From assembly GCF_009914755.1 (NCBI RefSeq), contig NC_060932.1: a stretch of 64,000 nucleotides of DNA; one strand, given 5' to 3'. Positions 21,231-34,490 of this stretch are shown piece by piece. The first letter of the stretch is position 1, and each line of letters starts with the position of its first letter. The notes under the pieces were generated by a model, which worked only from the letters and a program-made list of their open reading frames with translations, made no database searches and was not told the origin of the DNA. The stretch is from the human T2T-CHM13v2.0 reference genome, Homo sapiens. Made by a program: the position numbers and the translations under genes.

Positions 21231-24136
21231 TCAATTTCATCCTTTAAGACCTTGGTTTCTCTGACACTAAAGAGTTGGCCCATCCCTCGGCCTGTCCGGC
21301 CAATGCCAGCAGGCCCTCTTCTGATGGTGCAGAGCAAGAAGGCAATGATGAGCACCGCGGGCAGCATGCTCAGCAGGAAAGAGTCATCACTTTCAGCAAT
21401 GTAGACAACAGGCACCCGATTTTCTCCTTCTATGCCCAATTCCTGCTGTAAAGTTTCCAGATTCCATTCAAAGGTGTCCACACTGCCAGTATTAAACCAA
21501 ACGTGTTGCCCATCAACAGGAGTTCTTCCTGGTGTAAAGGTCACTCGAACAAAACGCTCGTTGACAACTTTCAGTCTGTCTACTACTCCTTTTGAAACAT
21601 AGTTATTGACAAGTTCCTTCCAAGTGACTTCTCTCCCGGATCTCTTGAGCAGGAAGTAAAACATGACTCTACCCCAGAATAGAGCAGTCCAGACGAAGAA
21701 CATCCTGAAATCCTTGTCGTCCCATGGAAAGTCACCCTTCTGGAACCTGGACCACCAGTGAGAATCATCTTTCTTGCCACCTCGTTTTCCACCGCCACCA
21801 CCTCCTCCTTCAGAAGAGTGTGTGGTAGCAGCTGGCTTTGATTCTTTTTTCTGTCCCATAACTTCTTTAGGTTCATTAGCATTTTTCCCCCATTTTTTCC
21901 ATTAGGAAAGTATTTTTCAAATCCTTTTGGGGGTCGAGAACAGAATATTTGATAAGCAGCAATTACATCTGTCAAAAGAGAATTTCTGCTGGCCCTTGCT
22001 TGAGTTGTAATAAATCCATAAAGCGTCCGAAGGCAGGGCTGCTCGCCAGGGCCCATGCCTGCCATGCACGAAGAGCTGCTTTAGGCCGCGGGGCCCAGCA
22101 GCCGACCCGGCCCCACAGCTGCAAGCAGCAGCGAGCCATGGCCACCGCAGTGGCCCTCTTGGCCCGGGACGCTGCGCAGGCGCAAGCAGGCGACAACGGG
22201 CTGCCTCGGGAAGCGGGCTCCACTCCGGGAGAGGCTGCCAGGCAGCGAAGTGCGCCCGTGGCTCACTGCAGAGCGCAAGCTCTCAACCAGGTATCTTTAT
22301 AGTAATATTCCACTTCTCTGGTACCAATTTTCTATATTTGTCTGTTCTTATATTGCTATAAAGAACTACCTAAGACTGGGTAATTTATAAAGAAAAAAGG
22401 TTTAATTGACTCACAGTTCTGCAGGCTGTACAGGAAGCATGACTGGGGAGCCCTCAGGAAACTTACATTCACTGGGGAAAGTGAAGGAGAAGCAAACACA
22501 TCTTACATGGCGGGATCAGAAGAAAGAGTGAGAAGAAGGAGGGGACACACACTTTTAAACAACTAGAAGATATTGTGAGAACTCACTCATTATCATGAGA
22601 ACAGCAAGTGGGGAAATGTGCCCCCTTGATCCCACCATGCCCCTCTTCCAACACTGGGGGTTACAATTCAACACGAGATTTGGGCAGGGACACAGACCCT
22701 AATCATATCATCATGGATATCACCTTTGAGAAAAACAAAGGTTAATCAAAAAACAATTCTTATCAGAGTATTTTTATTTGTGTTTTAAATAGTTGTCAGA
22801 CAAATCTTCAGTTAGAAATCAGGCCAATTTTGACTTTTGGTTTTTTTCTAAGTTTAACTCCTATAAGTATGTATTAAATTAAAAATATCCAGACATCTTC
22901 AAAATTGCGTGATGGAAAGAAGTGATGCCTGAGTGGTTCACTCTTCATTTTATGGCCAGATTGAAGTTAAGGTTGTGAGTTATCAATGACTATGATCTTC
23001 CTTAGGAGAAAAAAAAATGTGGCTTGAGTGAAGCCTCTAATCTCAGTAGGCTAATAGCCTCCATCACTCTGTTCTTGGGTGACTCATGGCTTCAAATCCC
23101 TGAGTTCTTGCTTGAAAAACTTTGGGTTTCCCTTCTGCCCACCCATGGCTCAAATCATTTTATCTCCCCTCTCTGACACCTCCTTCAATGACTAATTTTA
23201 GAAAATATATTTAGCTTATTTTAAACAAAATCTTATTTTTATTGAATTGGAACTCTGAACTTAATTTGATAAATTGAACTTAATAGGGCATATAAATAGG
23301 ATATCTAATATAAATGAAAATTCAACAAATATGCAGAGAGGTGATTCATTATTTGAAAAAAAAAGCTGCTTCCAGCATGAGAAGGGTAAAGCCATGATAT
23401 TCTTTAACTTGTCTGTTTCTTTAACTCATTTATCACGTCCAAAAACAGAAAAAGGGTTTTTTTCTATTACAGTTAATATTGTGTTTATCAATAAAGAATT
23501 CAAAATAAATATCCTACATGCTTTGGATGTCTTCTAGGCAATCACTAATTGCAGCTAACACAGAAAAGATGTCATGTGTTTTGGTGACATTGTTGTATTT
23601 GATAAAAGATTTTTCTTCATTTTCTGCAGCTCCTAAGCCCATGACCGTTCTGTCTCCTTACCCTAGTTCCTCATTATGACAGGCAGAACAAGTAGGACAC
23701 TGTGCAGGGAATGGAAAGGACACTGGGTGGTTGTAAAAGGTTGTCTCCACTCCCCTCTGTGTTTGAAAAAACTGAACATTAAGTGCTGCATTTAAATGCA
23801 CACACACAGTTATACTGTTTGAAACAGGTTAAAAATGTGGTGTGCTTTGTGATGACTTCCTCCAGAGTTTCTCAGAAGTACATTAATATGCCAATGTACT
23901 CTCATTTTTCTATGTATACCAATTATAAGATAAAGTGTTAAAATAATTCTGAAAAATGTAACTGTAATCAATTAGAATAATTAGAATAAAAGACCCTGGT
24001 GACCCCATCCTTCTGAAAACTTCAAAATCTGTAGAAAATATACAAAAAATACACCCAGTTTTAGCAAAAATTACTAAATCCTCATAGAAATTTCCATTGA
24101 TCTTGGACTTCCAAGCCTGTAGAACTGCTCAGAGAT

Positions 24137-27100
24137 ACTTTCTTTTCTTCTCTTCCTTTTAAAGAGCTTCATGGTGTGAGTGGAGTGTCTGAGGAGTAGC
24201 ACCTCCCAGCTTCTGCCTGGGCACTCACCTGAGCTGAGGTGCTCACTTGAGCAGAGGTGCAGCTTCGGCCACCATGGGAAAACCAGCCCTCCCTGGGAAG
24301 CACCTCTCTCCCAGCCTTGCCTAGTGGGGGCCTGGGCCATCCTGCAGGGCAGGTGCTGCTGCCTCCCCTGCAGGTCTGCAGCTCTGTATTCAGGGCTCAC
24401 GGCTGGAAGCGGAGCCTTTATGCTATGCCCTGGGTGGCACGGGAGGGCAAACAGGCTCCAGGGCTGTGCACAACAGCGCAGCTAGGTGGTCCCTGCCTGG
24501 TTTCCTGGCCTCTGTAAACAGACCCCAGAGGGGACCCTCCTCAGCCTCAGTCACACCTCTGAGAAATGCTGGGGACTGGCATCTCTGCCGAGAGGACCAG
24601 GTTGTCTACCAAAGGCCCAGCTAGCCCATCCCTCCCTGCACAGCAGGCTTATGCCTGGCCTGGAGGCCTGGCACATACAGCAGCAAAGGGCAAACAGAGC
24701 AGCCGGTAGGATCGCCAGCAAAGGCAAGGGTAGACCCAGTGGCAGAAGCCTCCTTGGTCAGCGGCAGGCAAGGTTCTCCCTCCCTTCCCTAGAGTGGCCA
24801 GCTGCCCTCACAGAACTAGACCTCCCTTAATCATCCCCCCAGGGTGGCGGCTGCCTGGGGACCCGGTCCCCAGCAAGGGCCCCTGATCTTGGCTGCCTTC
24901 CTCTCGCTGCTGCACAGAGCCTGCATCCTCCTCCTCCTCGGATCCTCCTTACCCTCCTCCTCTACCTCCTCCTCCTCCTTGTGCTCCTCCTTCTTCTCCT
25001 CACCCTCCTCCTCCTCATTCTCATTTCCTTCTTGCCCTCCCCCTCCTCCTCTTCCTCTCACTCCTCCTCCTTCTGATCTTCTCCTCCTCCCCCTCCCCCT
25101 CCTCCTCCTGCTCCTCCTCCCCTCCTCCTCCTCCCTCATCCTCCTCCCTCTTCCTCCTCCCCCTTCCCTTCCTCCGTCTCCTCTTCCTCCCCCTCCTCCT
25201 CCTTCCCCCGTCCCTCCTCCTGCTTCCCCTCTCTCTCCTCCTCCCACTCCTTCTCCTGCTTCCCCTCCTCCTCCTCCACTTTTCCTTGCCCTCCTCGTCC
25301 TTGTTCTTGCATTTGCTCTTCTCCTTCACAGCCTTTCCTTCCTCTTTGCCTTTTTCTTGGGCTGGTCCTTGGAGGGAATTTGCCTTTCTAATCTTCCTTG
25401 CTGCTCTCCTTGGGGTCTGCCTCCTCCAGCCCCAGCCTTGAGGTCTGAGCAGCTTCTGTCTGAAGGCCAGGAGGTAGGACTGGGTTGCAGGGGCTGCTGG
25501 GCAGGGCCCTCTTCCTCCTATCACATCAGAGATGTTGTCTGGCACGGGAAACATCCACCCTCCGCTGTGTGTCCCACGCTTCTCTCTCAAAGTTGGGTTC
25601 ATTCATGAAGAAGGACAGCATTTAGCAGCGGTGGGCCCCTCAGGGTCGCTGACAAAGATGCCTGCTCCTTCTTCCCTCCTCGGGTCTGAGAGAGGGGCCC
25701 TCGGCAGGGGCCTGGGCCTGCCCCGCTTCTGAGAGCGCCTGGGAGCCCAGGTGCAGCCCTGGTGGGAGCTTCCCGCTCCTCGGCCTCTAGGCCTTTGTGG
25801 AGGACATGTGGTCTCTGGCTCTGCCCACTGCTGGGTAGCCCGGACAGCGCCTTTTGAGGGACCTGCCACCTCCCCTGTTCGTCCTCCCTGGAAAGAGTGA
25901 TGTTTTGACTGGGGTTGGGGACCGAGGGTGGCAGGGGCTTCCTGTGGTGCTGGGCTCTGAGGCCCATGTCGTCCTGGAGACCTGCCAGGGTTTCTGGGGG
26001 TGTGGCTCTCGCCCAGGGCCTCCCCAGATTGTGGCTGTTCCGCTGTGGCCTTGGCTTCCACTATCTTTGTGTCCCTGGGGGTGGGTGTGTGGCCGTTTCT
26101 GCCAGGAATATGGAGTCCAGGTGGGTGCTGGGAACCAAGTCCTCCACATTCTGGACTTTTGCTGAGGCTTCTGCAGCCGGGGCCAGCTCTGGAGGTGAAG
26201 GGGCTGCATTGGCCGCGTGATGTCCCAGACAGCCTGGAGGTGACGCTGCGCGGTGGGGCGGGGTGACCAGACGGGCCCCAGCGGCATGTGGGAGCCGGCA
26301 GGGTCTCCGACCCTGGGATGTTGAGGACGAAGAGGACGGTGGCGGACGGGGGACAGGCTGATGGGGCATTGAGGGGCCGCTGTGGGGGCGGGCGGGGTGA
26401 GGGGGTCTGGAGCTCCGGGTGGACACTGCGCTCAGAAGCGTCACTGGCTCCTGGGAGGCCAAGGACCGGCTTTGCCTGTTGGCCGCCAGCGGGGACGCGG
26501 AGCTGCGGCTGGGAGCCCCCACGTGGAGGAAAGTGCAATGCTTCTGGTCCTCAGTCTCCTGCTGCACCACCGCTCCTCCAGCGTGGAGTCCACCTCCAAC
26601 TGCTTTTTCTCCCTCTGAAGCTGCAAAAATGGAATATTGAAAAATTCGTGAAGGTGCTTTAGGCCCGAGCTGTTCTTCCTGGAAGACTCGGCGGAGGGGA
26701 ACAGGAGGAGCGGCCTCAGCAGGATGACTCCCACTGGCTCCTGTCCCGCAGTCCCCAGGACGCACACCTGCGCGTGGGCAGCACTTTCTGAAGCCCCAGA
26801 GAATGCACTTGAAGGCGCACTGCTTGGTGATGGGGATCACCTGGCCAGCCGGTGGCAGTTCTTGGGCACGTCCAGGAACTTGCATCCAGGTCCATTTTGG
26901 ACTCCGCCTCCTTGGGTTGTTCTCCACCTGCAAGCCCCGGTCTGGCTGTTTGCATTTTCCACCCTCCACTACCTCCGAGACTTCAACTCTCACGACGTCT
27001 TCAGTGGTGGGGTGGTTCCCGTAGATGCTGTGGCCTGGATCCCTGCGTGGGGATATCCACCTCCACCAAATGCTTGCCCTGCGGACCGTGCCTCAGCGCG

Positions 27101-27505
27101 GTGGGGCGGGTGGCCCCGTCTCCCGGATAGCCATCTTCATGTTTTCACGCCACGGCGAAGCGCCTCCGTGGCCTCAGCTCCTGGCCTGCAGCACGCAGGG
27201 GATGTTCTTGTCCCCGCCGGGGCCTGCTCCGACCCCACCAGCTTCTTCAGGGCGGGAACCATCTTTCTACTGGGACGTCCGAGCCCGGTGGCGGCCGGGA
27301 AGCTCAGCGGCAGCGGCGGAGCAGCTCGACTCGCACTGTGTCCCCGCGGGACAGGCCTCCCGCTAGGCCCGGGACCCACGGCGCCACGCGGCCTCCAGCC
27401 AGGGCTCCCGACCTCAGCGCAGCTCCGCCATGTCCTGCGGCCTCCGGAGCCGCCGCCTCCAGCCCTCGGCGCCGCCACCTGGGAGCCGGCTGCGCAGGGC
27501 GCCAG
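24137..27505 (-). pseudogene. Processed RABL6 (C9orf86) retrocopy: 5'UTR, CDS about 27262 to 24816, and 3'UTR
   Basis: Intronless, frameshifted RABL6 peptides: ALKKLVGSEQAP, GLKHLHEFFNIPFLQLQRE, VQQETEDQ, ASPLAAN, VQNVEDLVP, SDPEGP and RHPGG..stop. A decayed T-rich tail lies at 24137-24160. Confidence 0.9.
24925..25340. repeat. (TCC)n polypyrimidine/polypurine low-complexity tract
   Basis: About 400 bp that is almost purely C/T on the + strand. Confidence 0.95.
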
Positions 27506-27520
27506 CGAAAATCGCATTTC
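26200..27520. promoter_or_regulatory. CpG island within the RABL6 retrocopy
   Basis: Very high GC content and CpG density. Confidence 0.75.
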
Positions 27521-27562
27521 TGCTTAGAAGCCACCCAGTTCACGGTGTTGTGTTATGGCGGC

Positions 27563-28466
27563 CTGAACGGACTGAAGCACATAGTGACTATGTCTGTGCT
27601 CGCTTTTAAATTTACTTTTATCTTTTTAAAATTTTTATTAGTTTTCCCGGAAATCTTGATGTTTTACATAGCCTCAAATTCCTTCTTGGCAAAGTTATAC
27701 TTGCTAAATATTTAGTAGTTTCAGCAACTGTCTGAAAAGACACAATTATGCTGCTAAAAAAACAAGGAAGAAAGAAGAGACAGCAACAGACAGAGTTTGA
27801 GAATTTGAATTTTCTATACACACAGATTAAATTTTGCAAATAATGTTTCTCTTCTTTTCTGTTGAAGTAAAAACACCCAAACTTTCCTGTATATATTTGT
27901 ACAACTGAAATCCCCCCTGGACTGTCACCCTTGCCCTAACTAAAAAATCAGTTATATTCTAGAAAATGAGAAAGAAAATATAATGAAGATAAAAACATGT
28001 ATTAAACATGGTTATCTGAACGGACTGAAGCACATAGTGACTATGTCTGTGCTCACTTTTAAATTTACTTTTATCTTTTTAAAATTTTTATTCGTTTTCC
28101 CCGGAATCTTGATGTTTTACATAGCCTCAAATTCCTTCTTGGCAAAGTTATACTTGCTAAATATTTAGTAGTTTCAGCAATTGTCTGAAAAGACACAATT
28201 ATGCTGCTAAAAAAACAATGAAGAAAGAAGAGACAGAGCAAGAGACAGAGTTTGAGAATTTGAATTTTCTATACACATAGATTAAATTTTCCAAATAATG
28301 TTTCTCTTCTTCTTTTCTGTTGAAGTAAAAACACTCAAACTTTCCTGTATATATTTGTACAACTGAAATCCCCCCTAGACTGTCACCCTTGCCCTAACTA
28401 AAAAATCAGCTATATTCTAGAAAATGAGAAAGAAAATATAATGAAGATAAAAACATGTATTAAACA
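27563..28466 (+). repeat. Tandem duplication of about 450 bp (27563-28008 and 28016-28466)
   Basis: Near-identical copies starting ctgaacggactgaagcac and ending catgtattaaaca, separated by the 7-nt spacer tggttat. Confidence 0.95.
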
Positions 28467-30475
28467 AAAATGCAGTGATAAAATCGTGAGTTTCAAAATA
28501 CCCTGTGAGCTTTGTTTGTTAAGTCCAGGGAAAGAGTAACAAAGATAGGCATTAGGTGTGCAGGTCATTTACATGTGTTTATGTGGCCATGTCTACCATT
28601 TTCTCTTTAACTTTTCATAACGTGGAACTCATTTCTTTAGGTAGAAGTTATGAGTTAACTATCTTGGTAGTGTTTAAAGAACAAGCATTCTTTAAAAGTC
28701 CATTCTTTTTCTTCATTTTTGAATATGCATAGCATTACAGAAAAATTGGAAAGTAAACCAGAAAAATACCCATAATCTCACCATTCCAATACAATGCTGT
28801 CTGTGCTTTTTCAAAAAAAAGGGACCTCAATTGCTAAACTTAGAGAAAAATCTCTAGCTTTTGAATTTTTTTATATTCTGAATTTTTGATGAAGAGTTAT
28901 GAATTTTTGATGAAGAAGTATTTGTTTACTGCCTCTAGCATTGTATTTTAAAAGAGACCGGTCAAAATTTGATTTTAAAACAAAGGATTAAGAACTCTTC
29001 CATTTGTGCTTATTTTACATCTATCAGGTGAGAGTAAAATCACTGATTTAAAGACCTCTGAGTTTTCACAACACAAGGAAAAATAAATAGACACCACCCT
29101 TACTGTTTTGTACATTCCACTGAAATATAAGTTCCTTGTGGACAGGGGTTTTCATCTGTTTTATTTGCTGCTGTATCCCAGTACCTGGCACCTAGTGCCA
29201 CGTAGGAAGTACTCAAGTACTTGTTGACTGAGCTAATTAAAATAGTTTCACCATAGCAGAATTGCCTTTATTCTGTGGGGGCGACCCATGTAAGTTTATC
29301 TTTTATGTCAAAAATGCCATTTTAATGCATTTATGAACATCTTCAAATTGCATCATAGGTTTTGTTAATTTTTTTAACTAGAGTACTTCAGACATATTTT
29401 GCCTGCTGACTCAATGGTGTCATTATGAATATTACTATAATTTTTAGGTGGGCCAGTGAAGCTTGTGTTAATTACCATGAACTGTTGTTTTGATGACTTA
29501 GAATAGATTAGGATGAATGTTGTAAAGGTTTTTCTATTTCTGCTGGAATCTTCTGTCATTCTACTCATCATCATCTAGGTAATGGTCTAAGGCTGGCACC
29601 ATTTCTCTTATCAAGTAACGCAAATGGACTTTTTGGCAGATAGTTGTTGTTTAACAACTTTTGTTTTTAGTTTCAGAGACTATGTTCTGGAATGTTGAGA
29701 TTTCTTCATACATGACCTCTAGAGAAATAGGCATATTATAAAATGAGTTACACTGTGTAACTGAGGGCATGTGCTGATGGCAAAATTATTATCTTCAAGA
29801 ATTTTTTTTTTAGTGTTCTGCATTTGCCCACACTGTTAGAAATGGAATGTTAGAGAATATTTATTATTTTGTTGCTATCAAAGCAAAATTTGCAGAAACT
29901 TGAATTTATTGTAATTACTGTATTAACTCTGAAATGCATGGCTATGTTTTAAGGGAGGTTTTTGCCTTCCATATTGTTCTCGTTCTACTTTTTCTTTTAC
30001 TCAGAAGGACTTAATCTCTAAACATTAGAAAATGTTTTATACAGAGACAGGTCTCACTGACTACAATTAGAATTATAAGAATCTCTTCATTTGTATTAGT
30101 TGATAAAAGTATTTTTTCCTGTTTTTAGATAACAGTCCTCCAAAATTTATATTACTATTATCAATTCACTTCTTAAGATAAGCACAATGAAGTAGTGCCT
30201 CTGGGTGTTAGGATTATGTAGTTTTAACATTTACATTGATTATCTGTATTTTCTACTAAAAAAAAAAGCCTATACGATTTAATCAATATGTTACCAATAG
30301 ATAACAAAAGTATAGAATACTGTTTCTGCTCCTTTAATAGCGAGACTTTACTCTAATTTCATGGTGGTTCTAAGGTAGTAGTAAGATGCAAAAAAGAGGT
30401 CCAGATGTGACAAGAAAAGTGAGCAAAAAGTAATAATGAACCCACTTAAGAAATTACATGTCTGTATAAGTATTA

Positions 30476-30800
<325 letters not shown>

Positions 30801-31142
30801 AAATAAAAAGGTTAAGGATCTGACACAGAAATGCACACATTTTCTTCTCAACTATCAAAAGCAGGAGGAAAATTTTTAAACTTCCCAGAGATGAGTTTTC
30901 TAAGTTTTATTTTCCAAACTTCACTCTTATTAACCTTTAAAACAACACTGGTAGATCATTTCTGAAGTGAAGTTTTAAAATATTCCCTTCACTGTCTGAA
31001 AGCAAAATATAACCCTTAGTTTTATCAATTTGTAATTTTTAGTTAAAGAAACAACTTGATAATGGGGACTAAGGGAAATAAAGTTTCTCTGCGGGAGTCC
31101 CTGCTGAATGCCGCCCTGAGCTAGCGGGCGACGCTGCGCTTC

Positions 31143-31159
31143 CCCGCTGGAGGGCGCCA
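31143..31159 (+). promoter_or_regulatory. Candidate CTCF site in a small CpG-rich island (about 31080-31760)
   Basis: cccgctggagggcgcca matches the CTCF core CCRSYAGRKGGCRS closely. Confidence 0.6.
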
Positions 31160-32118
31160 TCATCCCATCCACAGAGAGCTCAGCAGGCCACGTGCCGCGG
31201 CCTGCTGCGAACCCGCAGGGACTGCTCCCTGGCTGGCGGCACCCTTATTGTTCAATAAAGACCTGGTTCAGAGACAAAGGTGGCCCTGTCAGTAGCTCTG
31301 AATAGCCCCAAGCTAGTTGCTGATCCTAACAGGCCCAATTAACTGCTACTCATTTAGCAAAGCGGCCCGGGACCCATCCCGCTTCCCGCTCCACCTTCTG
31401 AAACTCTCCCTGCCTGGGTACCTTGGCTATGGGCTTTGCAGTCTCCCTTTAGCGGATCAAAGGTGTGTGGGAAAGAATGACGGCTGGATCCGCCTCCACA
31501 GGTCCTTACACAGACGCACACATCACAGCCAGACCCAAAGCACTCATGGTGGTGAGCGAGAGCCCGAGGTGGAATTCCAGGGCCGGTCTCAGAACAACGC
31601 CTTGATTGCCGTGATTCGAAGAGCTATCTCAAAACACTTCGCTTCAGTGAAGTGCCTGAGAAGAAACACTCGTCACAACTCACTCTGCTGCTGACACTGG
31701 ATGTACTCACCTTAGGTCCTCCCACTGCCAGGCTGCCTGGCCTCGGGAACACGCTGACACACACAAGAATACACACTGGAGCTGGCTTCCTTCCTCCTCA
31801 CAACTAAGTATATTCCTGTTCTAGAAGTCCCCCAGGATCATGTTAGACAATGTGGGAAACAGACGGGCAGAAACAGAAAGGGAAGAAAGAGAACCCAATG
31901 TCCCCATGCAACAATTAGACTTTGGTGATGGAATTTTCTCATATTATAGAAGGTGCCTTGTCAACATCATGGGTAGTGACAATATAATATTCTATACTGT
32001 TCTCATTCATTTCCCATTCTCTAATACCTGTGGCCACTTGGTTTTTTAATTTTTTGTCATTATGAGCATTATTGTACATAAAAATTTCCCCATATTTTTG
32101 GGTAATTTACTTATTTTT

Positions 32119-32417
<299 letters not shown>

Positions 32418-32995
32418 ATTTTTGGGTAATTTTCTTAGAATTTATTTTGAAAGCAAAATTAAGTCAAATTTCAGCCTAATCAAAACTAGGTAAAAAGATG
32501 CTAGGTCAAGGGATATTGATACATGTTGCTAAATTGTTTTCCAACAGAATTGGAACATCTTTTTTTTCTGCCCAGCAATCATTGACACCAGTTTATCAGA
32601 TATCCACCAGCAATGTGTTATCCTTTTTTGGAAATATTTATACAATTTTATGTTAGACTATTACTGTAATTAAACTTTCCCACGTGCTTGTTAACAGTAT
32701 GTGGAAATTTTCCATGTGTTTCATCAACTTGCCGTGTCCATAACAATTTTTCTAATTGATTGCCTGATTGCTTTATATAGCATAAATATTTCCTGTTGTT
32801 TCATTCAATTTTGATTTTTTGTAGATACATCTATTTTTTCATTTTTAGGTAGTTAAATATATCAGTTTTTTAATTTATTCTATTTATTAACCTTGGTTAT
32901 TTGTTATTTTTATGTATTTTACTTTTCAAATTTATTTGGAATCCAGCTTCTGAAGGTACAAATTATTTTCTGTATACCAAAGCAATGAACATTTC

Positions 32996-34490
32996 ATGTG
33001 TCATTTTAGTAAAATGTTTTATTTCCTTTTGGATATATACTACGAATAGGATTGCTATATCAGATGGTAGTTCTGTATCAAGTTCTTTGAGAAATCTCCA
33101 AACTGTTTTCCACAGTGGCTGAACTACTTTGCATTCCCACCAACAGTGTATAAGTGTTCCCTTTTCTCCCCAGCCTCACCAGCGTCTATTGTTTCTTGGC
33201 TTTTGCATAGTAGCCATTCTGACTGGTGTGAGATGGTATTTCATTGTAGTTTTGATTTGCATTTCTTTGATCAGTGATGTTGAGCATTTTTTCATGTGTT
33301 TGTTGGCCGCTTGTATGTCTTCTTTTGAAAAGTGCCTGTTTCTGTCTTTTGTCCACTTTTTAATTGGCTTATTTGGTTTTTGCTTGTTGAATGAAGTTCC
33401 TTATAGATTCTGGATATTAGACCTCTGTTGGATGCATAGTTTGTGAATATGTTCTCCCATTCTGTATGTTGTCTGTTTGCTCTGTTGATAGTTTCTTTTG
33501 CTGTGCAGGTGCTCTTCAGGTTAAGCAGGTCCCACTTGTCAATATACATTTTCATTGCAATTGCTTTTGAGGACTTACTCATAAATTCTTTCCCAAGGCC
33601 AATGTCCAGAATGATGTTTCCTAGGTTTTCTTCTAGGATTCTTATAGTTTGAGATCTTACATTTAAATCTTAAATCCATCTTGAGTTAATTTTTGTATAT
33701 GATGAAAGGCAGGGGTCTAGTTTCATTCTTCTGCATAGAGCTAGCCAGCTATCCCAGCAACATTTATTGAATAAGTAGTCCTTTCCCCATTGCTTATTTT
33801 TGTTGACTTTGTCAAGGACCAGATGGCTGTAGGTGTGCAGCTTTATTTCTTGGTTCTCTGTTCCACTGGGCTATGTTGTTTTGTTTTGTTTTGTTTTTTA
33901 CCAGCACCATGCTCTTTTGATATAGTTTGAAGCCAGGTAATATGATACTGATACCTCCAGCTTTGTTCTTTTTGCTTAGGATTGCTTTGGCTATTTGGGC
34001 TTTTTTTTGGTTCCATATGAATTTTAGGATATCAACTTGGGTTACATCAGTGGTGGATTGGATAAAGAATATGTGGTACATATGCACCGTGGAATACTAC
34101 ACGCAGCCAAAAGAAATAGTGAAGTCATGTCCTTTGTAGCAATATGGATGCAACTAGAGGCCATTATCCTAAGCCAATTAACACAGGCACAGAAAACCAA
34201 ATACTGCATGTTCTTACTTATGAAAGGAAGCTAAATACTGAGTACTAATGGACACAAAGATGGCAACAATAGATACTGGAGACTAATAGAGGGAGGAGGG
34301 CTGGAGTGGGGGAAGGATTGAAAAACTAACCTGGGTACTATCCTCACTATCTGGGTGATGGAATCGTTAATATCCTAAACTTCAGTGTCAGGTGATCTAC
34401 CCATGTAACAAACCTGCACATGTACTCCCTGAATCTAAAAGAAAAGTTGAAATTGTTTTAAAAAATTGTTGAAAGAAAAAAAAATAATAA
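32996..34490. mobile_element. Older L1 (L1PA13-16/L1PB-type) 3' insertion with a 5' inversion
   Basis: A minus-strand ORF2 segment (32996 to about 34033) joins a plus-strand ORF2 end, 3'UTR and A-tail (about 34045-34490). gaacatttc occurs on both flanks. Confidence 0.85.

Larger units (their letters stand above)
24098..27580 (+). mobile_element. MLT1/MST-type LTR 3' end split by the RABL6 retrocopy (pieces 24098-24136 and 27506-27580)
   Basis: gatcttggacttccaagcctgtagaactg and atttctg...aagccacccag...gttatggcggcctgaacggact are contiguous in MaLR LTR consensus sequences. Confidence 0.65.

Noticed and set aside
24831-25608. Long Pro/Ser-rich (+) and Glu/Arg/Gly-rich (-) ORFs
   Set aside because: They arise from the stop-free (TCC)n tract inside the RABL6 pseudogene.
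25599-27715. Many overlapping 100-310 aa ORFs
   Set aside because: They are frameshifted RABL6 pieces or GC-rich shadow frames; there is no continuous RABL6 frame.
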